From an uncultured bacterium (lineage in GTDB: Bacteria; Omnitrophota; Gorgyraeia; Duberdicusellales; CBEUCJ01), in contig CBEUCJ010000001.1 in NCBI GenBank assembly GCA_965541615.1, forward strand, positions 131,754 to 195,753: a stretch of 64,000 nt of DNA. The letters are read 5' to 3'. Position numbers and translations under genes: made by a program. Below the pieces are notes generated by a model. The model searched no databases. It had not been told where the DNA came from and worked only from the letters and a program-made list of their open reading frames with translations. Each line of letters begins with the position of its first letter. Position 1 is the stretch's first letter. Positions 10,566 through 20,039 of the stretch are shown here, one piece after another.

Positions 10566-12311
10566 ATGAAACCTCAAATTGTAAGAGTATCAGGTCCTTT
10601 AGTGGTAGCAAAGAATTGCGTAGGAGCAAAAATGCACGAGATGGTAAAGGTGGGTGAAATAGGTTTAGTAGGTGAGATTATAGAACTAAGAGAAGATTTA
10701 GCTTTTATTCAGGTCTATGAAGATACAACAGGCATAGGTCCTGGAGAACCTGTAGTTTTGTTAAATAGACCTTTGAGTGTGGAATTAGGACCTGGTCTAT
10801 TAGGTAAGATATTCGATGGGATTCAAAGACCTTTAGATAAAATTTATTCTGAAAAAGGAGATTTTATAGAAAGAGGAATAGAAATTTTTGCTTTAGATAG
10901 AAAGAAAAAATGGAAATTCACTCCTGTTAGAAAAAAAGGAGAGTTTGTTAAAGAAGGAGATATTATAGGAGAAGTAAAAGAGACTCCTTTAATCACCCAC
11001 AAAATATTAGTTCCTCCTCAGATTGAAGGCAAAATCTGTGAAATTAAAGAAGGAGAGTTTAGTGTGGAAGAAGAAGTAGCTGTAATAGAAACTTTGAGAG
11101 GAAAAGTTCCTGTTAAACTTTACCAAATTTGGCCAGTAAGAGAAAAAAGACCTTTTAAAAAAAGGTTAATGCCTTCTGAGATTTTAGTGACTGGTCAAAG
11201 GATTTTAGATACTTTTTTTCCTTTAGCTAAAGGAGGAACAGCTTGTTGTCCAGGTCCTTTTGGAGCAGGCAAAACTGTCTTACAACATCAATTAGCAAAG
11301 TGGTCAGATGCTCAAATTATAGTTTATGTTGCTTGTGGAGAAAGAGGGAATGAGACTGCAGATTTATTATTAAGTTTTCCAGAGTTAAAAGACCCTAGGA
11401 CCAAAAGACCTTTGTTAGAAAGAACCATTATAATAGCTAACACCTCTAATATGCCAGTAGCTGCCCGTGAAGCTTCAATCTATACAGGTATTACCATTGC
11501 AGAGTATTTTAGAGACCAAGGTTACAATGTAGCTTTAATGGCAGATTCCACTTCAAGATGGGCTGAAGCTCTGAGAGAAATTTCTGGAAGGATGGAAGAG
11601 ATGCCTGGTGAAGAAGGATACCCTGCATATTTACCTGCAAGATTAGCTGAATTTTATGAGAGGGCAGGAAAAGTTATTACTTTAGGATCAGATGAGAGGA
11701 TAGGTTCAATAAGTATAATAGGGGCAGTCTCTCCTCCAGGAGGAGATTTATCAGATCCTGTAGTCCAAGGGACTTTAAAGGTAGTTAAAGCTTTTTGGGG
11801 TTTAGATGACAAGTTAGCTAACGCTAGACACTTTCCAGCTGTAAATTGGTTAATAAGCTATTCTTTATATAATCAGCTTTTAGATGAGTTTAAAAAAGAA
11901 AAAATAGCTGAAGATTTTGAAATGCTAAGAATTGAAGCTATGAAGATTTTAGAAGAGGAAGAAGAATTAAAAGAAATAGCCAGATTAGTAGGATTAGAAG
12001 CTTTATCTAATTATGATAGATTGAAGTTAGAAATAGCTAGATCTTTAAGAGAAGATTTCTTGCATCAGAATGCTTTTGATGAAACAGATACCTATACTTC
12101 TTTAAAAAAACAGTATTTAATGCTCAAATTAATTATGAAATTTTATGAAGATGCAAAAAAAGCTTTGGAAAAAGGAAAAGATTTAGATAAAGTAGTAAAA
12201 GTCTCTTCAAGATTTATGATTTCAAAAGCAAAGTTTGTAAGAGAAGAAGAGTTTGAAGAGTTTTTTAAAGAAGTTTCAAAAAAAATAGAATTAGAATTAG
12301 ATGAAATTTAA
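10566..12311 (+). CDS. atpA: A/V-type ATPase catalytic subunit A
   Basis: P-loop GPFGAGKT, 581 aa including the non-homologous insert region. Confidence 0.95.
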   Translation: MKPQIVRVSGPLVVAKNCVGAKMHEMVKVGEIGLVGEIIELREDLAFIQVYEDTTGIGPGEPVVLLNRPLSVELGPGLLGKIFDGIQRPLDKIYSEKGDFIERGIEIFALDRKKKWKFTPVRKKGEFVKEGDIIGEVKETPLITHKILVPPQIEGKICEIKEGEFSVEEEVAVIETLRGKVPVKLYQIWPVREKRPFKKRLMPSEILVTGQRILDTFFPLAKGGTACCPGPFGAGKTVLQHQLAKWSDAQIIVYVACGERGNETADLLLSFPELKDPRTKRPLLERTIIIANTSNMPVAAREASIYTGITIAEYFRDQGYNVALMADSTSRWAEALREISGRMEEMPGEEGYPAYLPARLAEFYERAGKVITLGSDERIGSISIIGAVSPPGGDLSDPVVQGTLKVVKAFWGLDDKLANARHFPAVNWLISYSLYNQLLDEFKKEKIAEDFEMLRIEAMKILEEEEELKEIARLVGLEALSNYDRLKLEIARSLREDFLHQNAFDETDTYTSLKKQYLMLKLIMKFYEDAKKALEKGKDLDKVVKVSSRFMISKAKFVREEEFEEFFKEVSKKIELELDEI

Positions 12312-13686
12312 AGAATACCAAACAGTCTCACACATCCAGGGTCCTTTATTAATAGTAAGGAAAATAGAAGAAGTAAAGTATGCAGAGTTAGCTGAAATAA
12401 TTTTATCCAATGGCCAAAAGCGTTATGGAAAAGTATTAGACGTTTCAGAAGATTTAGCAGTAGTTCAAGTTTTTGAAGGCACTCAAGGATTAGATACAGA
12501 AAATTCTAAAATAAGGTTTTTAGGTAAATCTGAAACATTTGGAGTAAGTAAAGAGATTTTAGGAAGAGTGTTTACTGGAAGAGGAGCACCTCGTGACGGA
12601 TTACCTTTACCTCCAGCTGAAGAATTTTTGGATATAAATGGTTCACCTATAAATCCTGTAGCAAGAAGTTATCCTAATGAGTTCATTCAAACAGGAATAT
12701 CAGCAATAGATGGAATGAATCCTTTAGTAAGAGGACAAAAGCTTCCTATATTTTCAGGCTCAGGTTTGCCTCACAATAGATTGTGTGCTCAAATTGCCAG
12801 ACAAGCAAAGGTTTTGGGTAAAGAAGAAAAATTTGCAGTAGTATTTGGAGCTATGGGAATAACTTTTGAAGAAGCAGAATTTTTCATTCAAGATTTTAAA
12901 AAGACAGGAGCTTTAGAGAGATCAGTTTTATTTATAAATTTAGCAGATGAACCTGTAATTGAGAGAATTTCTGTACCTAGATTTAGTTTAACTTGTGCTG
13001 AGTATTTAGCTTTTAAATTGGATATGCATGTTTTAGTAATTCTGATAGATATGACTTTTTACTGTGAAGCTTTGAGAGAGATTTCATCAGCTAGGAAGGA
13101 AGTTCCAGGAAGAAGAGGTTATCCAGGTTACATGTATACAGATTTAGCTACTATTTATGAAAGGGCAGGAAGAATAAAGGGTAAAAAGGGTTCTGTAACT
13201 TTGTTACCTATTTTAACCATGCCTGATGATGATAAAACTCATCCTATACCAGATTTAACAGGCTACATTACAGAAGGACAGATAATTTTATCACGTGCTT
13301 TACATAAAAAAGGAATTTATCCTCCTATAGATGTTTTACCTTCTTTATCTAGATTAAAAGATAAAGGAATCGGTGAAAATAAAACTCGTAAAGATCACAG
13401 TTATGTTTTAAATCAGTTGTTCGCTTTATACGCTAAAGGACAGGAAGTTAGAGAATTAGCTTTAATTTTGGGAAGAGAAGCTTTAACAGATTTAGATAAA
13501 ATTTATTTAGAATTTGCTGATAGATTTGAAGCTGAGTTTGTAAAGCAAGGAGAATTTGAAGAAAGAGATGTTATTAAGACTTTAGATTTAGGTTGGAAAT
13601 TATTGAGAATGTTTCCAAAAGAAGAATTAACAAGAATAAAGCCAGAAATTTTAGAAGAATATTATGAGATTAAAAGTAAATCCTAA
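12301..13686 (+). CDS. atpB: A/V-type ATPase subunit B
   Basis: 461 aa with the conserved B-subunit core (SGSGLPHN... [13 protein letters not shown]). Confidence 0.95.
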   Translation: MKFKEYQTVSHIQGPLLIVRKIEEVKYAELAEIILSNGQKRYGKVLDVSEDLAVVQVFEGTQGLDTENSKIRFLGKSETFGVSKEILGRVFTGRGAPRDGLPLPPAEEFLDINGSPINPVARSYPNEFIQTGISAIDGMNPLVRGQKLPIFSGSGLPHNRLCAQIARQAKVLGKEEKFAVVFGAMGITFEEAEFFIQDFKKTGALERSVLFINLADEPVIERISVPRFSLTCAEYLAFKLDMHVLVILIDMTFYCEALREISSARKEVPGRRGYPGYMYTDLATIYERAGRIKGKKGSVTLLPILTMPDDDKTHPIPDLTGYITEGQIILSRALHKKGIYPPIDVLPSLSRLKDKGIGENKTRKDHSYVLNQLFALYAKGQEVRELALILGREALTDLDKIYLEFADRFEAEFVKQGEFEERDVIKTLDLGWKLLRMFPKEELTRIKPEILEEYYEIKSKS

Positions 13687-14275
13687 CAGAATGGAATTAT
13701 TGAGACTAAAAAAGAGAAGAATTTTAGCTCAAAGAGGATATGATCTATTACAAGACAAATTAGAAGAATTAATAGCAGAGTTTCACAGGATTAATAGAAA
13801 AGCAAAGCTTTTATTAAAAAAATGGGAAGATATTTTTAATCAATTTATAGAAGAGTTAATTTTTTTAAGGGCTCAGAGTAAAAAAGAAAATATAAAAAAG
13901 ATTTTGGAAAATTTGGATTTATTAAAAGTAGAAATAGAATTCAAAAGAATTTTAAATTTAAAAATTCCAAAGTTTAAGATAAAAGATTCTTTAGAATTTA
14001 AATATCCTTTAGAAGAAACTCTGCCTCAATTTGATAAAGTTTATATTTTGAGAAAGGAGTTTTTAGAAGTTTTTTTTCAGGTGATAGAAATTTACTTATC
14101 TTTAAAACTCATTTCTTTAGAAATCGTAAAAACAAGAAGGAGAGTAAATGCTCTTCAATACATTTTGATTCCTACAATTGAAGAAAGTATAAAATATATT
14201 GAAGAGAAACTATCAGAATTTGAGAGAGAATTTCTGATGAGAATATTGAGGATAAAAGAAGTGATAAGAAAATGA
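13664..14275 (+). CDS. atpD: A/V-type ATPase subunit D
   Basis: 203-aa coiled coil, last conserved gene of the operon. Confidence 0.75.
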   Translation: MRLKVNPNRMELLRLKKRRILAQRGYDLLQDKLEELIAEFHRINRKAKLLLKKWEDIFNQFIEELIFLRAQSKKENIKKILENLDLLKVEIEFKRILNLKIPKFKIKDSLEFKYPLEETLPQFDKVYILRKEFLEVFFQVIEIYLSLKLISLEIVKTRRRVNALQYILIPTIEESIKYIEEKLSEFEREFLMRILRIKEVIRK

Positions 14276-14466
14276 TAAAAGATTTTTCTAAATGGCAGGC
14301 TTTTGAGAAGGAACTTATAAAGAAAGGAAATCTTTTGAAGAAAATTTTAAAGATTTTTGAAGAGATGTATAAACAAGCTCTTTTTTTAAAGTGCTACCTC
14401 CCAAAAAATCCTCTTGAAGGAATAGAAAAAGACATAATCTTAACTAAAGTAATAAATAGTGTTTAA
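14272..14466 (+). CDS. Small hypothetical protein, translationally coupled to atpD
   Basis: 64-aa ORF overlapping the atpD stop by 4 nt. No recognisable motif. Confidence 0.3.
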   Translation: MIKDFSKWQAFEKELIKKGNLLKKILKIFEEMYKQALFLKCYLPKNPLEGIEKDIILTKVINSV

Positions 14467-14536
14467 AAAATTCTTTAAAAAATTCGATGAAAGTTTAAAT
14501 TTAAACCTTAAAGAAAAGTTTTCTAAAATCAAAAAA

Positions 14537-14546
14537 TTGATATAAT
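14537..14546 (+). promoter_or_regulatory. Extended -10 promoter (TGaTATAAT) for tRNA-Val
   Basis: TTGATATAAT sits about 18 nt upstream of the tRNA 5' end. Confidence 0.45.
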
Positions 14547-14563
14547 TATTAAGTAATTTAAAA

Positions 14564-14638
14564 GGGCGGGTAGTTCAGCCTGGATAGAACGCTTCCCTTA
14601 CAAGGAAGAGGTCGGCAGTTCAAATCTGCCCCCGCCCA
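14564..14638 (+). tRNA. tRNA-Val (anticodon UAC)
   Basis: Acceptor pairs GGGCGGG/CCCGCCC. Anticodon loop CTTACAA, T-loop GTTCAAATC. No CCA is encoded. Confidence 0.9.
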
Positions 14639-14776
14639 GGTTTATAGAGATATTTCTATTCTATTTATTTTGAAAAAAATAAATATTCAAATGTCAATTT
14701 ATTTGTCTATTTAATGTTATATTTATTTGACATTTAATTAGAATATATGTTACAATTATTATGGAGGTGATAAAAA

Positions 14777-15100
14777 GTGCTTACTTTTGAAGAAAAGACG
14801 ACTTTAGTAGGGATCTCAGAGTTAAGGACAAAGATGAAGGAGATTTTAAAACAAGCTAAAGAAAATAGGGTATTTATTGGCAAAAGAAACAAATTAATTG
14901 CAGTATTGTTAGATATAGAAGAATACAGAAAGATGGAGAAGGTTTTAGAAGAGTTAGAAGATTTTGCCTTAGGATATTTGGCTCATCGTAGAGAAAAAAT
15001 TTCTTATAAAAAGCAATATTTAGACATAGAAGAGGTAGAAAAAATAATAGATGATATGGAAGATCAAATTCCATCCCCTTGTAGTAAAAGAAGACCTTAA
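14777..15100 (+). CDS. Phd/YefM-family antitoxin
   Basis: GTG start after a GGAGGTGA RBS. The N-terminal fold (TLVGISELRTKMKEIL...NKLIAVLLDIEEY) is typical of Phd/YefM. Confidence 0.8.
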   Translation: MLTFEEKTTLVGISELRTKMKEILKQAKENRVFIGKRNKLIAVLLDIEEYRKMEKVLEELEDFALGYLAHRREKISYKKQYLDIEEVEKIIDDMEDQIPSPCSKRRP

Positions 15101-15338
15101 AAGAATAGACCCTTCTTGGAGAAGGAGAATCATAAAAACAATAAAGAAAAAGCTATCAGTAGATCCTTCAAATTATGGTGAACCTTTAAAGGGAATATAT
15201 AAAAAATACTGGAAATTGAAAGTAGGAGATTATAGAGTTATATATAAGATAGAAAAAAAAGAAATAGTAGTATATGTAATTAAAGTTGGAATAAGAAAAG
15301 ATTATAAAGTCTATAAAGAACTTTTTTACAGAATCTAA
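15051..15338 (+). CDS. RelE/ParE-family toxin
   Basis: 95 aa ending in ...YRVIYKIEKKEIVVYVIKVGIRKDYKVYKELF. Overlaps the antitoxin by 50 nt. Confidence 0.8.
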   Translation: MIWKIKFHPLVVKEDLKRIDPSWRRRIIKTIKKKLSVDPSNYGEPLKGIYKKYWKLKVGDYRVIYKIEKKEIVVYVIKVGIRKDYKVYKELFYRI

Positions 15339-15368
15339 AAAGATAGTGTTGCATATTTTTTATAATTA

Positions 15369-15396
15369 TTGAAAAAAATCAAAGTTGTTATATAAT
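15369..15396 (+). promoter_or_regulatory. Sigma-70-like promoter for tRNA-Asp (TTGAAA, 16-nt spacer, TATAAT)
   Basis: -35 at 15369-15374 and -10 at 15391-15396, about 11 nt upstream of the tRNA. Confidence 0.45.
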
Positions 15397-15407
15397 TTTT
15401 CTACAAT

Positions 15408-15486
15408 GGGGCCGTCGTCTAGCCTGGTTTAAGACCCCGGACTGTCGATCCGGTGATCGTGGGTTCAAATCCCATCGGCCCCGCCA
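15408..15486 (+). tRNA. tRNA-Asp (anticodon GUC), CCA encoded
   Basis: Acceptor pairs GGGGCCG/CGGCCCC. Anticodon stem CCGGA/TCCGG with loop CTGTCGA. T-loop TTCAAAT and a terminal CCA. Confidence 0.85.
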
Positions 15487-15617
15487 TTTGGGACAAAGGG
15501 AATAACTGCTGACACCGAAGGGACATCTGAAGTAGGCGGTTGTTCTTTTACATAGATATTTCTAAATATAAGTTAGCTAAATAAGTAAAAGAAAACTTAC
15601 TTTTTAAGACTTTAGGA

Positions 15618-15998
15618 TCAGAAACGACGTGCTAAGTATTTCCCTTTAGAGAGGACAGAATTTTTAAATAGAGGAGATTTATCTAACTCTTCTTTTGTAT
15701 ACACAAACAAGTCTACATTTAATTCCAGATCTTTAAAGTAATCTATGAAATCTAAGGGTCTGTCTATAAATCTTTTATGGGAATAGCTCACTATAATGAG
15801 AATATCTATATCACTGAGAGGGGTAGCTCTATTTTCTGCTAAGGATCCAAAAAGAACCACACTTTCAACATTTCTGTCGTCAGCGATAATCTTGTGAGCG
15901 ATACTCTTCAATCTTTCTAAGAGAACTTCTCTATTTAGCCAGAATACCTTCACAGAACCGTAAGATTTCTTTACAATCACTGATCGCATTTTCAACAT
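15618..15998 (-). CDS. Minimal nucleotidyltransferase (MNT) of a HEPN/MNT toxin-antitoxin module
   Basis: GS...D.D nucleotidyltransferase motif ([22 protein letters not shown]). Overlaps the HEPN partner gene. Confidence 0.75.
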   Translation of the reverse strand: MLKMRSVIVKKSYGSVKVFWLNREVLLERLKSIAHKIIADDRNVESVVLFGSLAENRATPLSDIDILIIVSYSHKRFIDRPLDFIDYFKDLELNVDLFVYTKEELDKSPLFKNSVLSKGKYLARRF

Positions 15999-16207
15999 CC
16001 TCTTTCTTGTAGTCCTCTTAGTAAATCATAAACTGAATGACCCCATGCTTGACCTGAAAGCTTTTGATATAAAGCTTTAACTGCTTTTTCTGCTGCTTGT
16101 TGAGAGATGAAACATGCCCACTCAAAAAAACCTTCTTTTAATTGAGAACGTGCACTTTCTAAATCTCTTTTAGCTTGCTTAAACCAGTCAGAACTCCTCT
16201 CAGGCAT
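15992..16207 (-). CDS. HEPN-domain protein (partner of MNT)
   Basis: 71-aa helical protein with an ...[10 protein letters not shown]... HEPN-like core, in 5' overlap with the MNT gene. Confidence 0.65.
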   Translation of the reverse strand: MPERSSDWFKQAKRDLESARSQLKEGFFEWACFISQQAAEKAVKALYQKLSGQAWGHSVYDLLRGLQERGC

Positions 16208-16591
16208 TTTAGGAGAATTATATCATAAATTATATTTGTCTTCCAACTACTCATATGCTCCATTTAAAAAGGTCCCATCCCTTTAGTTTAGAGTGTGCAT
16301 ACGATTTGGTATTAAACATTTCCACTCCTGAGATGGAAATGGTTACTTTGAATTTATAAAACCAGAAAAATCATTACCCAACTTAAAAACATATCCTTTT
16401 AGCATCAATAATCTACAATCAACCTTTAAAACAAATCGCAAAAGAACTTAATTTAAGTTATGAAGATGTGAGGCAGAAGAAGAGTTAAGGGGGTGAGAAA
16501 AATGAAAAATTATTTGATTTACTTGTCAGCAAAAAGGATTCCACAGGAAGGAAAGTTTTATTTTCAATTTAGTTATTTTCACAGTTTTTGA

Positions 16592-16912
16592 TTAAAATGT
16601 AATAACTTTATCACACTTTTTTACTATATCATATAAATCTTTCATTGTAGAAAGAGGACAAGTTTCTGAACCTTCTGATTGGCGAATTTTTAGACAACTT
16701 CCACAGGCAAGAATTTTACCACCATTTTCAATAAATGTTTGCATTTGTTCTGTAACCTTAAATTTATCTGTATCTAAGGATTCACATTCTACTCCTTTTG
16801 CAAGTAAAAATATTTCTACCTCATCATTCTCTTTTAAAGTAAAGTTTCCAAATCTAAAAGCATTCCATACAGTTTCAGAGTCGTTTGAGTAAATTATGAT
16901 TCCCAACTTCAT
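16592..16912 (-). CDS. DsrE/DsrF-like (YchN-like) sulfur-relay family protein
   Basis: 106 aa with a GGKILACGSC motif region. Confidence 0.6.
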   Translation of the reverse strand: MKLGIIIYSNDSETVWNAFRFGNFTLKENDEVEIFLLAKGVECESLDTDKFKVTEQMQTFIENGGKILACGSCLKIRQSEGSETCPLSTMKDLYDIVKKCDKVITF

Positions 16913-17044
16913 AGTTTGCCTCCTTTCGAGTACATAATACTTTTATTTGGTTCTTATAATATACCATTTTTTTAAATATTTTTGGAATTTTTTTGTCACA
17001 TTTCCCTTATTTCCTGACATATCTCTATAAGGAGGAAAATAAAA

Positions 17045-17323
17045 ATGAGAAGAAAAGAAATAACCCAAATCTATCAAATAATCAACAAAACTTTCAGAGA
17101 CATAACTCTGACTTTTGCTGGATTAGCCTTGGAAAATAACTTCAAAGATGAGGCAATCACAGACTTTGCCAATTGCCTTGAAGATATCTATTATCAAACC
17201 TTAAACAAAATAGAAAAACTCGCAAAGAAAACCTCTTATTTTGAATTTAACACAAAAGAATATCTGCATCCTCATCCAGCAATAGTAAAATTGTTAAGAA
17301 TTTTTAACTTGGTACCAAAGTAA
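17045..17323 (+). CDS. Hypothetical protein
   Basis: 92-aa ORF with a GGAGG RBS and no recognisable motif. Confidence 0.35.
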   Translation: MRRKEITQIYQIINKTFRDITLTFAGLALENNFKDEAITDFANCLEDIYYQTLNKIEKLAKKTSYFEFNTKEYLHPHPAIVKLLRIFNLVPK

Positions 17324-17373
17324 GGTAAAATTTTATTTTGTTGTATTAAAGAAGATTGTTTTTATAAAATATA

Positions 17374-18273
17374 TTGAAAGAGTTAAAAATGGCAAAGTGT
17401 GTATCTTGTAAAAAATCTGCTCAAATAAAGATTGCTTTTGCTCCTTTTTGTGAGAGTTGTTTTTTAAAGCACTATCAAAATAGAGTAGAAAGATTAATTA
17501 AAAAATTTAAACTTATAAAAGAGAAAGATAAAATTTTAGTTGCAGTTTCAGGTGGTAAAGACAGTATGAGTTGTGCACATGTTTTAAGTAAATTCAGACA
17601 GAGATTTAAATTTGAAATGGGAGTCTTACACATAGATGTAGGAGTCTCAGATTGCACCAATGAAAATACTGAAAATATAATCAGAGATTTTTGCAATGAA
17701 TACAAAGTTCCTTTTTATCTTTTAAAAATAAAAGAATATTTAGGTTTAGATATAAAAGAGGTATCTAAAAAAATAAGAAGACCTATATGTTCAATCTGTG
17801 GGATGGTTAAAAGGTACGCCTTAAATAAATTTGCTCGTGAGAATGGATTTAATAAAATAGCTACAGGTCACTGTGCAGATGACATTACTTTACTTTTCTT
17901 TAAAAACTGGTTCTCTTATTATTTTGATTGGATAGCTAAATTTAAGCCTATTATGCCATCAAATCATCCTAAAATAGTTACCCGTATAAGACCTTTATTT
18001 GAATGTTTAGAAGAGGAAAATTTAACATATGTAAAGCTCAATAAAATAAAAATAGCAGGTTGCTCTAAATATTCTTATTCAGTAAGAAAAGATAAACTAA
18101 AAGAAATATTAAAACTCATAGATTCAAAAAAACCTGATTTTAAGATAAATTTTGTAAGAGCTTTAGAGAGAGTAGAAATAAAAGTAAAAGAACCCGATTC
18201 CATTAAAGAATGCATAAAATGTGGTGAACCCACAGACAAAGAGATCTGTGGAGTATGTAGACTTAAAATGTAA
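17374..18273 (+). CDS. PP-loop ATPase tRNA sulfurtransferase, TtuA/NcsA-like
   Basis: N-terminal CxxC..CxxC, PP-loop SGGKDS, internal CSICG...GHCADD, and C-terminal CIKCG...CGVC zinc finger. Confidence 0.75.
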   Translation: MKELKMAKCVSCKKSAQIKIAFAPFCESCFLKHYQNRVERLIKKFKLIKEKDKILVAVSGGKDSMSCAHVLSKFRQRFKFEMGVLHIDVGVSDCTNENTENIIRDFCNEYKVPFYLLKIKEYLGLDIKEVSKKIRRPICSICGMVKRYALNKFARENGFNKIATGHCADDITLLFFKNWFSYYFDWIAKFKPIMPSNHPKIVTRIRPLFECLEEENLTYVKLNKIKIAGCSKYSYSVRKDKLKEILKLIDSKKPDFKINFVRALERVEIKVKEPDSIKECIKCGEPTDKEICGVCRLKM

Positions 18274-18294
18274 AAAAGTAAATTTTTTGAACTT

Positions 18295-18322
18295 TTGACT
18301 TTCATAAGTTCTTTTATATAAT
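18295..18322 (+). promoter_or_regulatory. Sigma-70-like promoter (TTGACT, 16 nt, TATAAT) immediately upstream of cysK
   Basis: The -10 ends 7 nt before the ATG at 18330, which suggests a leaderless or near-leaderless transcript. Confidence 0.4.
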
Positions 18323-18329
18323 TAAGTTT

Positions 18330-19244
18330 ATGAAGGTAGCAAAATCTGTTTTAGACTTAATTGGTAATACCCCTTTAGTAAGATTAAGAAAGATAGAAAA
18401 AGGATTAAATGTAAAATTAGTAGCGAAATTAGAATTTTTTAATCCAGCTAAAAGCTTAAAAGATAGAGTAGGATTTTTTATGTTAAAAGATGCTGAAAAA
18501 AAAGGTTTAGTCAATAAAAATACACTTATTATTGAAGCTACAAGTGGTAATACAGGAATAGCTTTAGCAGTTGTGTGTGCTTATAAAAATTATAAATTGA
18601 TTTTAACTATGCCAGAAGATGTTTCAGAAGAAAAGAAAAGACTTCTTTCTTTATTTGGAGCAAAGTTAATTTTTACTCCTTCAAAAGAAGGAATGAGAGG
18701 AGCAATAAGAAAAGCAGAAGAACTATCAAAAAAGTACTCTAATTCCTTTTTTGTTCGTCAATTTGAAAATCTGGCAAATCCTAAGGCACATTACCTTACT
18801 ACTGCTCAAGAGATTTGGAAAGATACCGATGGTAAAGTAGATATATTAATAGCAGGAGTTGGAACAGGAGGCACTATTACAGGTGTAGCTAAGTTTTTAA
18901 AAAAGAAAAAGAAGGAGATAAAAATAATAGCTGTAGAACCTAAAAATTCAGCTGTATTGAGTGGTAAAAAACCAGGTATTCATAAAATTGAAGGGATAGG
19001 TGCAGGTTTTATTCCTAAAATTTTAAAAAAAGAATTATTAGATGAAGTAATATGTGTAGAAGATGAAAAAGCTATCAAGATGACTAAAAGATTAGCAAGA
19101 GAAGAAGGGATTTTGGTAGGTTTATCTAGTGGAGCTGTTCTATGGGCAGCTTTACAGATAGCTAAGAGAAAGGAAAATAAAGGTAAGTTAATAGTTATGA
19201 TTTTTGCTGATAGCGGAGAAAGATATTTATCAGAGTTAGCTTGA
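18330..19244 (+). CDS. cysK: Cysteine synthase (O-acetylserine sulfhydrylase)
   Basis: PLP-binding lysine motif (NPAKSLKDR), SGNTGIALA, and a GTGGT glycine loop. Confidence 0.9.
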   Translation: MKVAKSVLDLIGNTPLVRLRKIEKGLNVKLVAKLEFFNPAKSLKDRVGFFMLKDAEKKGLVNKNTLIIEATSGNTGIALAVVCAYKNYKLILTMPEDVSEEKKRLLSLFGAKLIFTPSKEGMRGAIRKAEELSKKYSNSFFVRQFENLANPKAHYLTTAQEIWKDTDGKVDILIAGVGTGGTITGVAKFLKKKKKEIKIIAVEPKNSAVLSGKKPGIHKIEGIGAGFIPKILKKELLDEVICVEDEKAIKMTKRLAREEGILVGLSSGAVLWAALQIAKRKENKGKLIVMIFADSGERYLSELA

Positions 19245-19262
19245 AAATATGGAGGAAAAATT

Positions 19263-20039
19263 ATGGAGGCAATAATCTCTAAAGCAATCCTTGAAACATT
19301 TTTTAAAGAATTTAAGGAATACTTAGAGGTAGATGTAGCTATTGCAGGGTGTGGTCCTTCAGGATTAGTATGCGGATATTATTTAGCAAAAGAAAAGGTT
19401 AAAGTAGCTATATTTGAAAGACAATTAAGACCTGGAGGAGGTATTGCTGGTGGGGGGATGATGTTTAATAAAATAGTATTAGAAGAATCTGCTAAAGAGA
19501 TTTTAGAAGAGTTAGATATAAATGTTAAAAAATACAAAAAAAATCTCTATGTAGCAGATGCTTTGGAAGTAACAAATGGTTTATGTTTTAAAGCTATAAA
19601 AGCAGGGGTTAAGATTTTCAACCTTATAAATGTAGAAGATGTCGTAATAAGAAAAAATAAAATTGCAGGTTTAGTCTTAAACTGGAGTGCAGTAAATTGG
19701 GCACAACTCCATATAGATCCTTTAGCTGTTAAAGCAAAAGTAGTAGTAGATGCTACAGGTCATGAAGCTGAAATCTGTAAGATTATAGAAAGAAAGTTAG
19801 GAACTGTATTTTGCACTCCTTCAAGTAAAGTAGAAGGAGAAAAATCTATGTGGGCAGAAAAAGGTGAATCTGAACTTTTAAAAAATACTAAAGAAGTATA
19901 TCCAGGTTTGGTGGTATGTGGTATGGCAGCAAATGCTGTTTTTGGTGCAGAGCGTATGGGAGCAATCTTTGGAGGTATGTTTTTATCAGGTAAAAAAGCC
20001 TCTAGAATCATTATAAAAAAATTAAATAAAGATGGCTAA
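19263..20039 (+). CDS. thi4: Thiazole synthase Thi4 family (thiamine thiazole biosynthesis)
   Basis: FAD/NAD dinucleotide fold (AIAGCGPSGL) and a Thi4-like GGGMMFN motif. Confidence 0.8.
   Translation: MEAIISKAILETFFKEFKEYLEVDVAIAGCGPSGLVCGYYLAKEKVKVAIFERQLRPGGGIAGGGMMFNKIVLEESAKEILEELDINVKKYKKNLYVADALEVTNGLCFKAIKAGVKIFNLINVEDVVIRKNKIAGLVLNWSAVNWAQLHIDPLAVKAKVVVDATGHEAEICKIIERKLGTVFCTPSSKVEGEKSMWAEKGESELLKNTKEVYPGLVVCGMAANAVFGAERMGAIFGGMFLSGKKASRIIIKKLNKDG

Noticed and set aside
15487-15560. GC-rich 70-nt segment right after tRNA-Asp as a possible third tRNA or small RNA
   Set aside because: No acceptor/T-arm cloverleaf can be drawn. I treated it as part of the islet junction and did not call an RNA gene.
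16208-16591. Short frames between the HEPN gene and the DsrE-like gene as real genes
   Set aside because: They are broken, under 35 aa, and lack RBSs. I interpret them as decay products of the islet and not as functional CDS.
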